64,000 bases of DNA from a virus: IMG/VR virus record IMGVR_UViG_3300037493_003528, positions 1 to 64,000 of that record; one strand, 5' to 3'. The first letter of the stretch is position 1; every line of letters begins with the position of its first letter. Shown here piece by piece: positions 1 to 10,121 of the stretch. Position numbers and translations under genes: made by a program. The notes beneath the pieces are model-generated. The model saw only the letters and a list, made by a program, of their open reading frames with translations. It was not told the DNA's origin and ran no database searches.

Positions 1-286
1 ATTTGTTTTTGCACGAATGGATACACCACTAGAAGTGTGTTTGGATAGAGTTCGTCAGCGTCGTATTGAAAAGGGAAACACTAAACCTTTTAACACTGCA
101 AATACTGAAGGTGCGTACTATGCTGTAATAAATTCTGCTGACAAGTTTAAGGAAATTGGTGTTATTACCAGACTCATAAATCATAAATTGGATCCAGTTG
201 CACAGATTAAGGCTATTTTGGATGAAGATGATGGCTTTAGATTTGAAAATTCTTATATTGAGAAATCTTTTATGGGAGTGAGGTGA
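1..286 (+). CDS. P-loop nucleotide kinase, C-terminal part only (candidate 5-hmdU DNA kinase); 5' end outside window
   Basis: Open frame runs in from the window edge. DTPLEVCLDRVRQRR is an NMP-kinase lid-type motif. Lies directly upstream of an aGPT-Pplase1-like gene. Confidence 0.6.
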   Translation, partial: FVFARMDTPLEVCLDRVRQRRIEKGNTKPFNTANTEGAYYAVINSADKFKEIGVITRLINHKLDPVAQIKAILDEDDGFRFENSYIEKSFMGVR

Positions 287-287
287 C

Positions 288-1172
288 ATGAAACAATCGC
301 ATAAAGAGGCAATCACAGATGCAATAGTTGTCCACAGATATTTCGAGTTCATAAATCTACGATATAAAATATATCTTGATAAAAATGCTGGTCTTCCACG
401 TCCATGGACAACCGATGTTATTCTTAACACGTATAAGTTTACTAACATTTTTCGTGAATTGGATAGAGGAACGGTTTGGTACAGGGAACATATCAGAGAG
501 CCGTACGCTAATGACCCAGAATTATTCTTCAACACGTGTGTTTATCGTCACTTTAATTACTTTCCAACAGCTGAAAGGATGGGATACATAAATAATTACA
601 CACCAGATTTGATACTAGCGCTGGAAGGGTTGTTTGCTAAAATGAAGAGTATGAAAATTAAGATTTATACATCGGCTCACATGATTAATGGAAACATTAA
701 GAATGGTGGTATGAAAACTAATCAGAGCCTGAATTTTATTTTCAGGGATCTTTGGAAGAATCGTGAAGAATTACAACCAACACCTGATGATACGCTGGAA
801 TCTGCATATAAGAGATTTAAGTCACTTGGATTCGGACCATTTACACGGTACGAGGTAATAACTGATTTGCGTCATACAAGATATCTGAGGAATGCCACTG
901 ATATTATGACGTGGGCAAATGCTGGTCCTGGTGCCATGCGAGGGATTGATAGAATTTGCGGTGTTTATTGTAAGAAGGCTGTATTTTCTGAACAGCAGTA
1001 TTTGTTAATCATGCGTGAGTTGTTATCTGTCTCTAAACGTTACTTGATGGCATATGTGCCAGATATGGAGATGAGGGATATTGAGCACAGTTTGTGTGAG
1101 TTTGATAAGTACGAGCGTGGACGTTTGGGTCAGGGTCACTTACGTGCTAAGTACGTGCCTTATCAAGTTTAG
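288..1172 (+). CDS. aGPT-Pplase1 / HMUDK-helical family thymidine hypermodification enzyme
   Basis: Motifs PWTTDVILNTYKFTNIFRELDRGT, GFGPFTRYEVITDL, GPGAMRGI and DIEHSLCEFDKYER are typical of this helical glycosylase-like family. Confidence 0.85.
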   Translation: MKQSHKEAITDAIVVHRYFEFINLRYKIYLDKNAGLPRPWTTDVILNTYKFTNIFRELDRGTVWYREHIREPYANDPELFFNTCVYRHFNYFPTAERMGYINNYTPDLILALEGLFAKMKSMKIKIYTSAHMINGNIKNGGMKTNQSLNFIFRDLWKNREELQPTPDDTLESAYKRFKSLGFGPFTRYEVITDLRHTRYLRNATDIMTWANAGPGAMRGIDRICGVYCKKAVFSEQQYLLIMRELLSVSKRYLMAYVPDMEMRDIEHSLCEFDKYERGRLGQGHLRAKYVPYQV

Positions 1173-1174
1173 TA
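1164..1174 (+). promoter_or_regulatory. CAAGTTTAGTA motif copy 1 (putative phage promoter)
   Basis: Exact 11-mer recurring at gene boundaries; here 20 nt before the ATG at 1195. Confidence 0.55.
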
Positions 1175-1194
1175 AATTGAGAGGAATGAAATAA

Positions 1195-1536
1195 ATGACT
1201 ACAGTAGAAGTAACCAAAGGGAAGTTGGAATATATTTCAGATGCTGTTGTAGATCTTGTACTTAAAAAGAATCATGATTACGGGGACGCATGGCAACGAT
1301 ATGGAATTTTTACTCCGCTAATTCGTATAAATGATAAGATACTCCGACTGAAAACTCTAGCGTCGGTTTATGCATTGGTTGTAGATGAGGGTATCGAAGA
1401 TACTCTGAAGGATATTATTGGTTATGCTCTTTTAGCATTGTTGTATATTCAGGAAAATTCCAGTTTGTCATACGAGGATAAGTTACAATTAGTGAAGAAA
1501 ATTGTAGATGAAGACAACGAAGATGGAACCAATTGA
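1195..1536 (+). CDS. Nucleotide-modification-associated domain 1 (Nmad1/DUF1599, MazG-like helical fold)
   Basis: KKNHDYGDAW...RINDKILRL...EDTLKDIIGYALL. Confidence 0.8.
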   Translation: MTTVEVTKGKLEYISDAVVDLVLKKNHDYGDAWQRYGIFTPLIRINDKILRLKTLASVYALVVDEGIEDTLKDIIGYALLALLYIQENSSLSYEDKLQLVKKIVDEDNEDGTN

Positions 1537-1708
1537 AATATCCAGTTCGAAGTTGTTACCAAAAAATAAAAATGGTTATTACTATACAACCAGTCTTGAA
1601 CAAGCAATAAAGATTTTCAATGTTAAATATCCTATGCATACAATAAAAGAAATTTATAAGTTGTCATCAGGTAAAAAAATAATTTATTACTGTATACAAG
1701 TCCCATGA
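1508..1708 (+). CDS. hypothetical protein
   Basis: ORF translationally coupled to both neighbours. Confidence 0.5.
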   Translation: MKTTKMEPIEISSSKLLPKNKNGYYYTTSLEQAIKIFNVKYPMHTIKEIYKLSSGKKIIYYCIQVP

Positions 1709-4269
1709 ATGAAATTTGCGCACGCTGTGGTTTACACAAAGATTGTCACACTCCATTTATGGAGTCACATGGCTCTGATGAACCATTGGTTTTGATAGTA
1801 GGAGAAGCACCTGGAGAGGATGAGGATTCGCAGGGTAAACCTTTTGTTGGTAAGGCAGGGAAATTACTTAGGACAGTTTTGGAAGAGGTTGGATTTGATG
1901 TAAAGAGGGATATAAGGTTTACAAATGTTGTACGCTGTCGTCCTCCGATGAACAAGATAACGAAAAAAGCCATTCAATACTGCTCCAAATTTGCGTTGGA
2001 AGAGATAGAACAATACAACCCAAATATGGTTTTCTTGTTAGGTAATAGTGCGTTATCAGGGATACTTGGTGAAACTGGTATTACGAATTGGAATGGTTCC
2101 ATTATCGATAAGAATGATAGGTTATACGTGCCATTGTACCATCCAGCATATTTGTTACGTAATCCGCAACCCATGGACCAGTGGTTATCTGCAATGATGA
2201 CAGCATTTGATAGACTCGTTGCCGATCCAGATAAGATTACGGCATCTAGTATGCGATATTCTTATCCAAAAACAATGGATGAATTGTTTGAGATGAAAAA
2301 GTATCTTGATGAGTTCGAGTTCATAGCGTATGATACAGAGGTACGGTATCTTGATGCCTTCAATGCGAATAACATTCTTATTTCGGTATCATTTGCTGCA
2401 GGGGATGTAGCTTATAGTGTTCCAATACATCATTCAGAAGCACCTTGGAAGAATATTGATATGGTTAAGGAAATTATAGTTGATATTTTGCGATCACACA
2501 ACGGAAATATTATAGGTCATAACATAAAGTTTGACCAAAAACATACGTATACAACATTGGGATATTGGTTCGATGCTGGTGGTGATACAATGTTGATTAG
2601 TTATTTGCTGGATAATAGGTCGGGTACACACGGATTAAAGCGTTTGGCAGGTGTTTATATTGGGATGTATGAGTATGATTCTGTGTTAGTAGATTATGTG
2701 CGTGAGCACAAAGATGCGGATCCAAAGCGTGGTGGGTCGTATGAAAATATTCCATTAAGCATTTTGGAAACATATTCGGCTATGGATGCAGCAGCAACTC
2801 TATTGTTGGAAGAGAAATTATATCCAATGCTGTCAGACAAGCAAAAGGAATTTTATAGTGGTTTGTTTGTTTCAATATCAAATTTGCTTGGTGAGATTGA
2901 GATGAATGGTTTTATGATAGATGGATATATAGCGGATAGGTACGTTAGGATTTATTCGTCTATGCGTGACAAAATATATGATGAAGTAATTTCTGATCCT
3001 ATTGTTAAGAAGTTGATAAAAAGTCATGTTACTGCACAGAAAGCCGAAGATGAATTTAGGATTTCTAAGAAATTACATGTGAAGAAATCAGTACCATATA
3101 GATTTAATCCTGGCTCACCTGCAGCAATGGTGGAATTAGTTTACGTGTTTGGTAAGACAAAGGTGACTTATACAACAATCAAAGGTGCTCCATCTACAAA
3201 ATCTATTTATATGAAGAAGTATGAAGGAAAGATGCCAGTTTTGGCAATAATACGATATTGGAAATTATTATCAAAAATGATATCAACATATTTAGATCCA
3301 GCTGTTAATGGTCGTTGGGTATCTACGATTGATGGTAAGGTGCGTTGTTCTTACAATATGCACGCAACAAAAACTGGTCGGTTATCGTCTACGGATCCAA
3401 ATCTTCAAAACATTCCTACACCTGAGAAAGAGCCTGGAACGTTGCTTGAGTATTTACCAATAAAGAATGTTTTTACGACATCATTCGAAGATGGTGTTGT
3501 CATGTCAGCGGATCAGTCTGGTATGGAGTTGAGGGTATTTGCAGCATTATCGAAGTGTACGTCTATGTTGGAGATTCACAAATCGGGTGAAGATTTCCAC
3601 AATATGGTTGCGTCAATGGTGTCTCACATTCCTGCAGATAGTGTTCCAAAGCATATACGGTATAAATTCAAGAAGGTTAACTGGACATTGATCTATGGTG
3701 GTAGTGCGTTTACGTTATCACAATTGGATGGTTTTCCCATGGATGAAGCTGAGGAATTGGTTAAGAGTTATTATGATAGATTTCCAGAAGTTCCTGAATA
3801 CATGGAACAGTGTATAGAATTTTCTGAGGATAATAATTATATCGAAAGTCCATTTGGTAGACGGTTACATCTATATTACATAAATGACAAATATCAGATT
3901 AAGTTGCGCAATCATGATAGAAGGACGTGCGTTAATATGCCTGTTCAATCGGGGTCATCTGATCTTGTTTTGAGTGGAGGTGTTATAATTTCTAGGAAAT
4001 TAAAAGATCTCGGTCTTAGGTCCAGGATAGTTAACACTGTTCACGATTCTATTATTTTGGATGTACCAAAATCTGAAATAGCTATGACTGCTGCATTGGT
4101 TAAGTATAGCATGGAAAATGTAGTTAATTTAGCACCAACATATTTTCCAATTGTAGATTTTAGTTGGATGACATGTCCTTTGGTTGTAGATATAGAAATT
4201 GGATCACATTATGGAGCAGAGGAAAAATATGAAGTCAGTAAAGAAGATTTACAAAAAGTTAGATTTTAG
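1705..4269 (+). CDS. polA: DNA polymerase family A with N-terminal family-4 uracil-DNA glycosylase domain and 3'-5' exonuclease (SPO1 gp31-like architecture)
   Basis: UDG4: CARC..C, GEAPG, GKPFVGKAG, TNVVRCRPP, HPAYLLR. Exo: DTE, HNIKFD, YSAMD. Pol: TGRLSSTDPNLQNIP, DQSGMELR, KKVNWTLIYG, NMPVQS, TVHDSI. Confidence 0.95.
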   Translation: MNEICARCGLHKDCHTPFMESHGSDEPLVLIVGEAPGEDEDSQGKPFVGKAGKLLRTVLEEVGFDVKRDIRFTNVVRCRPPMNKITKKAIQYCSKFALEEIEQYNPNMVFLLGNSALSGILGETGITNWNGSIIDKNDRLYVPLYHPAYLLRNPQPMDQWLSAMMTAFDRLVADPDKITASSMRYSYPKTMDELFEMKKYLDEFEFIAYDTEVRYLDAFNANNILISVSFAAGDVAYSVPIHHSEAPWKNIDMVKEIIVDILRSHNGNIIGHNIKFDQKHTYTTLGYWFDAGGDTMLISYLLDNRSGTHGLKRLAGVYIGMYEYDSVLVDYVREHKDADPKRGGSYENIPLSILETYSAMDAAATLLLEEKLYPMLSDKQKEFYSGLFVSISNLLGEIEMNGFMIDGYIADRYVRIYSSMRDKIYDEVISDPIVKKLIKSHVTAQKAEDEFRISKKLHVKKSVPYRFNPGSPAAMVELVYVFGKTKVTYTTIKGAPSTKSIYMKKYEGKMPVLAIIRYWKLLSKMISTYLDPAVNGRWVSTIDGKVRCSYNMHATKTGRLSSTDPNLQNIPTPEKEPGTLLEYLPIKNVFTTSFEDGVVMSADQSGMELRVFAALSKCTSMLEIHKSGEDFHNMVASMVSHIPADSVPKHIRYKFKKVNWTLIYGGSAFTLSQLDGFPMDEAEELVKSYYDRFPEVPEYMEQCIEFSEDNNYIESPFGRRLHLYYINDKYQIKLRNHDRRTCVNMPVQSGSSDLVLSGGVIISRKLKDLGLRSRIVNTVHDSIILDVPKSEIAMTAALVKYSMENVVNLAPTYFPIVDFSWMTCPLVVDIEIGSHYGAEEKYEVSKEDLQKVRF

Positions 4270-4420
4270 GATTAGATTATCAACATTGAATATGTGGTTA
4301 GGAAGGGTTGGATTAGTTCTTGTTATTGTAACAGGTGATGATGATTTACCGATTGAGTTGCACTTAACTCTATGGTCCAGTTACAAATTTCATATCATGT
4401 CACATAAAGGATTTTCGTAA
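4229..4420 (+). CDS. small hypothetical protein
   Basis: ORF fills the gap and its stop overlaps the next ATG (TAATG). Confidence 0.35.
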   Translation: MKSVKKIYKKLDFRIRLSTLNMWLGRVGLVLVIVTGDDDLPIELHLTLWSSYKFHIMSHKGFS

Positions 4421-4674
4421 TGAGAGAAAAATATGATGTTAATTCTGTAATGAATCCTTATATAGTAGAGCCTAGTGAAGTTACAGCTGGAGATAAATTT
4501 GGTTACAAGATAGTTGCTTGTATATGGTCCTTGGATGAGTGGTGTGCGTTTCGTGCTCCAACCAATTGGTCTGATGATAGGGTTGCGAAAGAGGGAGATG
4601 AAATTTTAGAGGATGTAGCAAATTCAATATTTCCAACCTTGGCAAGTTTGGGTATGGTATATGGTAATATTTAA
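4420..4674 (+). CDS. hypothetical protein
   Basis: Coupled 84-aa ORF. Confidence 0.55.
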   Translation: MREKYDVNSVMNPYIVEPSEVTAGDKFGYKIVACIWSLDEWCAFRAPTNWSDDRVAKEGDEILEDVANSIFPTLASLGMVYGNI

Positions 4675-4688
4675 AGGAGATAATTATT

Positions 4689-5255
4689 ATGGGAATATTA
4701 GCGGATTGGCAAATTGAAGCATTAGCAATTGGAGGGATGATAGATCCGTACTGTGCAGGTCAAATCTCAGCATCAGATGATACAGACGAAAAGATTATAT
4801 CGTATGGTCTTTCTTCTTATGGTTATGATTTAAGATTATCTAATGAATACCGCATCTTTTCTAATGCGCATGCTGGAGTAATAGATCCAAAGTATTTCAA
4901 TGATGAATTTCTGTATGATGTTATTGGAGACGTTTGTGTTGTTCCTCCAAATGGTTTTGCTCTTGCACGATCTATGGAATTTTTTGATATTCCACGTAAC
5001 ATAATGACCATTTGTTTAGGGAAGAGTACATATGCTCGTTGTGGTATTATTGTTGGAGTAACGGCACTGGAGCCTGAATGGAAGGGTCATGTTACAATAG
5101 AGATATCAAACACCACACCGTTGCCAGTAAGAGTTTACTCATACGAAGGTATTGTTCAGGTGCTGTTTTTGGAAGGCTCAGGAACATGTAGGAAATCATA
5201 TTTGGATAAAGATGGTAAGTATCAAGGACAAACTGGTGTTACGTTAGCAAAATAA
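4689..5255 (+). CDS. dcd: dCTP deaminase
   Basis: [50 protein letters not shown]; RBS AAGGAG. Confidence 0.95.
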   Translation: MGILADWQIEALAIGGMIDPYCAGQISASDDTDEKIISYGLSSYGYDLRLSNEYRIFSNAHAGVIDPKYFNDEFLYDVIGDVCVVPPNGFALARSMEFFDIPRNIMTICLGKSTYARCGIIVGVTALEPEWKGHVTIEISNTTPLPVRVYSYEGIVQVLFLEGSGTCRKSYLDKDGKYQGQTGVTLAK

Positions 5256-5265
5256 GGAGCTAAAA

Positions 5266-5823
5266 ATGGATGAAGTAGTTAATATTATTGATGAGATAAA
5301 GGGTACGGTTATTACGGTAGTGACAGATCGTGGTAAGAAGACGTTTGATATTGGGAAACTATTCTTGATTGATGAAGACAATCTTACGAGGGAGTTTGTT
5401 CAACAGGCAGCATTTTACGCATTCTTTTCAGTGTTGATAGCAACAGCAGAAAGGAATGTTGCTAAACGTGACTTATTGAAAGATCAGGAATATTCTGCTG
5501 CAGACGAATCTTATAGAAAAGAATTAACAGATAAGGCTGAGAAATATACGGAAACTGTTATTAAATCTATGGTTTTGCGTGATGAAGATTATCAAACTAC
5601 CATGGAGGAATTGGAATCGGCACGGTATGATCTTAATCTATTGAAGGCAATAACCAGAGCGTATGAACATAAGGGTAATATGCTACAATCGTTGGGAAGT
5701 CATTTACGACATGAATATTCTATGATGGGTATGCACGTGAATGAAGCGGAAGTAGTAGATGCTGTTAAGGCTGTAAAAGAAAACATTACGAAAAGACGTA
5801 AAATTGATAACCAACAAGTTTAG
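5266..5823 (+). CDS. UvsY-like recombination mediator (helical)
   Basis: Helical 185-aa protein with TETVIKSMVLRDEDY and 'AYEHKGNMLQSLG', upstream of SSB and RecA. Confidence 0.55.
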   Translation: MDEVVNIIDEIKGTVITVVTDRGKKTFDIGKLFLIDEDNLTREFVQQAAFYAFFSVLIATAERNVAKRDLLKDQEYSAADESYRKELTDKAEKYTETVIKSMVLRDEDYQTTMEELESARYDLNLLKAITRAYEHKGNMLQSLGSHLRHEYSMMGMHVNEAEVVDAVKAVKENITKRRKIDNQQV

Positions 5824-5825
5824 TA
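5815..5825 (+). promoter_or_regulatory. CAAGTTTAGTA motif copy 2
   Basis: Exact 11-mer upstream of the SSB gene. Confidence 0.55.
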
Positions 5826-5894
5826 ATGGTAGAGCTAGGACATGGCGAAAGTCGATTAGTCAAGGCTCATACAAAATCTTTAGAGAGGTGTAAA

Positions 5895-6836
5895 ATGAAA
5901 CAGACGGATATTGGTTTTGCTGGTAGGTCACGAGCGGAAAATCTTGCGAAGTTGCGTGACAAGATATCGAGGGTTGATGTCTCAACAGGTTCATCTGGTT
6001 TTATGCGGATTCAGGATGGACGAAATATTATCCGCATTCTTCCGCAGGTTGGGAAGATGGAATACTTCTTCCAGACAGTCGGTCGGCACATGATTCCTCC
6101 CGATGGTAAGAAATTCTTCTATTGTCCCAAATTTACCAGCGAAGGTGAGAAGGATTGTCCCATTTGCGAATATGTAGAGGAACTGTATAAGACAGGTGAC
6201 AAGGTAAATAAGGCTCTGGCAAGCGAATTGCGTGTCAAGAGGATGTTTTGGATGAATGTCATAGATCGTGCCAACGAGAAATCTGGTCCACAGATCTATA
6301 CGCCTGGAGTTACAGTTTTCGGTGCTGTCAGTTCCCTGATCGGCGATCCTGATTATGGTGATATCTTCGATTTAGAAGACGGCATTGACCTGATTATCGA
6401 AAAGTCTGGTAAAGGTTTGGATACTGAATATCAGGTTAAGACTAAGCGTTCTTCTACACCGCTATCTGACGATCCTGCCATGGTCAAGAAATGGATAACT
6501 GTTGCAAAAGATTTGTCCTATGTAGAAGTATCCAATGATAAAGAGGAGGACAAGGAGTTGTCAGTTGGGCATGCGGTTTATGTTCTTCCTTATGATAGAC
6601 TTGATAAGGAGTTTGGTTCGATTTCAGATATGGACGAAGATGATGAAGAGGAAGAGGAAGTTAAACCGAAAAAGCGTGTTGTAGCTGTTGAAGATGACGA
6701 AGATGACATTAAACCTTTGAAGAGGACGGTAGTAGATTTGGATGATTCTGATGCAGATGAGGACGATGAGGACGATGAAGAAAAGGAGGATGTTGTTACA
6801 CCTTCTCGTAGGATAGCACGTCGTAGACCACACTAA
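5895..6836 (+). CDS. T4 gp32-like single-stranded DNA-binding protein
   Basis: RBS GAGGTG before ATG 5895. IRILP, H..CPKF..CPIC Zn site, NVIDR, YGDIFDLEDGIDL, long acidic tail. Confidence 0.85.
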   Translation: MKQTDIGFAGRSRAENLAKLRDKISRVDVSTGSSGFMRIQDGRNIIRILPQVGKMEYFFQTVGRHMIPPDGKKFFYCPKFTSEGEKDCPICEYVEELYKTGDKVNKALASELRVKRMFWMNVIDRANEKSGPQIYTPGVTVFGAVSSLIGDPDYGDIFDLEDGIDLIIEKSGKGLDTEYQVKTKRSSTPLSDDPAMVKKWITVAKDLSYVEVSNDKEEDKELSVGHAVYVLPYDRLDKEFGSISDMDEDDEEEEEVKPKKRVVAVEDDEDDIKPLKRTVVDLDDSDADEDDEDDEEKEDVVTPSRRIARRRPH

Positions 6837-6847
6837 CTTACGTCTAC

Positions 6848-6884
6848 AAAAATGCTACACCAAAACATCGGTGTAGCATTTTTT
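6848..6884 (+). terminator. Rho-independent terminator after ssb
   Basis: Stem AAAAATGCTACACC / GGTGTAGCATTTTT with 8-nt loop and T-tract. Confidence 0.85.
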
Positions 6885-6894
6885 GTGAGGTAAT

Positions 6895-8106
6895 ATGAAA
6901 TTCATACACTTTTCAGATACGCACATTGGAGTTGATACCCTAGGATCACTGGATCCTACTACAGGTATCAATCGTCGTGTTTTAGATTATCTTGATATGC
7001 TGGATTCAATAGTTGATTTTGCGGTGGATGAGAACGTGGATTTAGTCCTATTTACAGGCGATGCGTTTCATGTAAATTCACCGCATCCAACGTACCTTAA
7101 TGAGTTTTCCAGACGTATTGTAAAAATGCGTGAGCAGTGTCCTGTGGTATTATTGGTTGGGAATCATGATACATCTCCTAGAGCAACAGCATCTGCAATT
7201 GATATTTATGCATCCCTGCAAATGGATGGAATCGTTGTTGGAAATAAGTTGGAATTACACGTTATTGATACGAAAGCTGGACCAGTTCAGGTTGTAACTG
7301 TTCCATACCCAAATAGGAGTTTATTGCGAAATAGTGTCGTTGGAGTAGATAAAGGTACAATTTCATCTTTATTGCGTAAACAGCTCACCTGGAGTCTCCA
7401 TGACGTTTCTGTGAGTATAAATAAGACGATTCCCTGTTTGATGGCTGGACATTTTTCTGTTGATATTGGAGTTAAGGGATCTGAAACAGATTATGTTCTT
7501 GGTGTCAATGCAGAGTTATGTTTGGATGATATTGCCGATCCATTATATGATTATGTAGCGTTGGGTCATATACATAAATATCAAAATCTAACTGCTGGGA
7601 TGAGTGATGTTCCACCAGTTGTTTATGCTGGGTCGATAGAAAGGGTGTCATTTAACGAACAGAATGAGGCAAAGGGATTTGTATTGGGTGAAATAGTAGA
7701 TAAGAAAACTACTTGGGAATTTATCGAATTGGAAGCACGACCATACAAGACAGTTGAAGTTGTTTGTGAGAACGGTAATGCAACGAAAAAGATATTAGCG
7801 AAGATATCAAAAATGGATCTTAGAGGTGCGGTTGTTCGTTACGTTGTAAGTTTACCTGAGGAGTATACTTCATCAATAGATGATTTTACTATTCAGTTAG
7901 CATTTGAGGAAGCAGGTGTGTTTGCCGTTGGTGCAAGAAAGGTTAACGTTGTTCGTGCTGCAAGTCCCAATAACAGGTCAGAGGGATTCAATGTTGGTTC
8001 TAATCCAATAGAATTATTATCAAAATATTTTCAGCTACATCAGATTGATAAATCAGATATTAAACAATTAATGGTGTTAGCAAAAGAAATTATGAGTGAG
8101 GTATAA
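6895..8106 (+). CDS. sbcD: SbcD/Mre11-family metallophosphoesterase nuclease
   Basis: HFSDTHIG, GDAFH, GNHD, GHF, ALGHIH, YAGSIERVSFNE. Confidence 0.92.
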   Translation: MKFIHFSDTHIGVDTLGSLDPTTGINRRVLDYLDMLDSIVDFAVDENVDLVLFTGDAFHVNSPHPTYLNEFSRRIVKMREQCPVVLLVGNHDTSPRATASAIDIYASLQMDGIVVGNKLELHVIDTKAGPVQVVTVPYPNRSLLRNSVVGVDKGTISSLLRKQLTWSLHDVSVSINKTIPCLMAGHFSVDIGVKGSETDYVLGVNAELCLDDIADPLYDYVALGHIHKYQNLTAGMSDVPPVVYAGSIERVSFNEQNEAKGFVLGEIVDKKTTWEFIELEARPYKTVEVVCENGNATKKILAKISKMDLRGAVVRYVVSLPEEYTSSIDDFTIQLAFEEAGVFAVGARKVNVVRAASPNNRSEGFNVGSNPIELLSKYFQLHQIDKSDIKQLMVLAKEIMSEV

Positions 8107-8107
8107 A

Positions 8108-9160
8108 ATGAATGCTGAAAGCGTTGTTACTAAGGAAGATTTGAAAAGCATTCTGGGGGACCTGGAAAAGAGTAAGAATAAGAAATTTGACGTTTCTTTA
8201 TTATCAGATGATAACTCACCTTGTGTTGTAACAGAATGGATGTCAACAGGTTGTCTGGCGTTGGATACGATTATGGGTGGTGGGTTGCCTATTGGAAGAA
8301 TGACTGAGATCTATGGTGATAATTCAACAGGGAAATCATTGATAGCATCACAGGTTGCTGCGATTGCACAGGATGATGGAGCACTTGTTGTTTATGTTGA
8401 TACAGAATCAGCAGTCAGTTTGCCGATGATGAAGGAAGTTGGTGTTGATATTGATAAACTCATTTACTCTGCTCCAGACACAGTTGAAGAGGTTTTCGAA
8501 TTATTTTCTAGTGCTGTTGAAAGTAAGGTAAAGCGTTTCCCAAATAAACGTATGTTGTTAATATGGGATTCTGTTGCTGCAACGTCTGTGGAACAGGAAA
8601 TGGAAAATCCTTATGGCAAGGCAACCATGGGTCGTCATGCTCAGATCATCAGTCAATCAATGAGGAAGTTTACGAGAACTATATCGAAACAACATGTGTG
8701 TTGTTTGTTCCTGAACCAAACTCGAGAAAAGATTGGAGTTATGTTTGGTGACAATGTTGCTACATTTGGTGGTAAGGCTATTGGTTTTCATGCTTCTATT
8801 CGTATCCAATTGAAGATGGGTCAGAAGATAAAAACAGATGGTAAGAAAACTATTGGTATAAATAGTCGTGCTACTGTTGTTAAGAACAAGGTTGCTGTAC
8901 CATTCAAGATGGCAGAGTTACCAATATATTTTGGGCACGGTATAGATGATGCACTCGCAAGTTTCGAATATTTAAGAGTAGGAGAGTTATTGGTTCGTAA
9001 AGGAAGTTATTACACAATAGTTGGAATACAAGCAGAACCATTTACGAAGGCTGGTTGGGAAAAGTTTTATGATGATAACTATGAAAAGATCGCAGAGATT
9101 ATATCGAAAACTGATTTGATTGATAATGAAATCGAGGAATCTAGTGAGACCAACGAGTAG
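8108..9160 (+). CDS. recA: RecA/UvsX recombinase
   Basis: STGCLALD, GGLPIGR, Walker A GDNSTGKS, DSVAA, NQTREKIGVMFG, GGKAIGFHASIR, KNKVAVPF. Confidence 0.95.
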   Translation: MNAESVVTKEDLKSILGDLEKSKNKKFDVSLLSDDNSPCVVTEWMSTGCLALDTIMGGGLPIGRMTEIYGDNSTGKSLIASQVAAIAQDDGALVVYVDTESAVSLPMMKEVGVDIDKLIYSAPDTVEEVFELFSSAVESKVKRFPNKRMLLIWDSVAATSVEQEMENPYGKATMGRHAQIISQSMRKFTRTISKQHVCCLFLNQTREKIGVMFGDNVATFGGKAIGFHASIRIQLKMGQKIKTDGKKTIGINSRATVVKNKVAVPFKMAELPIYFGHGIDDALASFEYLRVGELLVRKGSYYTIVGIQAEPFTKAGWEKFYDDNYEKIAEIISKTDLIDNEIEESSETNE

Positions 9161-10121
9161 TGAAGAGCCTGTTACACTAATAATTGATGGAACAAATATG
9201 GCGTATCGTGCCAAATATAAGTTTCAGTTATCAAACAAAGGTATTGATACATCAATTACATATGGTTTTATCAAGATGTTAATCCCTCTAATACGAGATT
9301 ACAATGTTAACAGCGTTATTGTAGCGTGGGATGGTGGGATACCAACATTTCGTACGAAGTTGGTACCAGAATACAAGGCAAACAGGCATATTGATGAAGA
9401 TCCTGAAGAGCGTAAGGATTTCAAGAGACAAATGGTGGAACTCCATATACATGCATTACCAGCTATGGGAGTTGTTAGTATTTACAAAGACAAAGTCGAG
9501 GCAGATGATATTATATACCATGCAGCAAAGGTATCAAGTGGAAAGGTTTTGATTGTTAGTTCTGATAAGGATTTACTGCAATGTTGCAGTGAAAGCGTTT
9601 CTGTGTTAAATCCATCTAGAGATAAGGTTTATACACCAGAATTATTGGAAGATGAGATAGGGATACCTGCTAAGGATTATATACATTGGAGAGCATTACA
9701 AGGTGACAGTAGTGATAACATATCAGGAGTTTTTGGTATAGGTGAAAAGACTGCTACTAAATTATTCAAGGAGTTTGGATCACTCAGTGGAATATGCAAT
9801 GCTGCAGATGGTTGTAATCCAGCTGGAAGATTATCTGATAAACTTGGGGATGCTGTTAAGTTGTTTGGAATGAATAGGATTAACAATAATGTAATGGCAA
9901 TGGCATTGTTTAGGGATCGCTGTGGGTGCAGATTACTGATGTATAATGAAATTAGAAACTATCAACCATTAAGTAAGGTAAGGCTCATGAATTATATGAT
10001 GAAGAACGGTTTTGCATCTTTTGTTGATACATTGCCTGGATTAGCATCAAGGTTGGTTAAACCTGCTTTGAATATTCATGAACGTTATCCAGCAATTTGT
10101 GTGGAAAGGATATCAATATGA
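9126..10121 (+). CDS. 5'-3' exonuclease / flap endonuclease (T4 RNase H-like)
   Basis: IIDGTN, AWDG, YKANR, EADD, SSDKDLLQ, GDSSDNISGVFGIGEKTA. Confidence 0.92.
   Translation: MKSRNLVRPTSSEEPVTLIIDGTNMAYRAKYKFQLSNKGIDTSITYGFIKMLIPLIRDYNVNSVIVAWDGGIPTFRTKLVPEYKANRHIDEDPEERKDFKRQMVELHIHALPAMGVVSIYKDKVEADDIIYHAAKVSSGKVLIVSSDKDLLQCCSESVSVLNPSRDKVYTPELLEDEIGIPAKDYIHWRALQGDSSDNISGVFGIGEKTATKLFKEFGSLSGICNAADGCNPAGRLSDKLGDAVKLFGMNRINNNVMAMALFRDRCGCRLLMYNEIRNYQPLSKVRLMNYMMKNGFASFVDTLPGLASRLVKPALNIHERYPAICVERISI

Noticed and set aside
5826-5894. N-terminal extension of SSB given in the ORF track
   Set aside because: The strong SD precedes ATG 5895; the upstream part is better explained as a 5' UTR.
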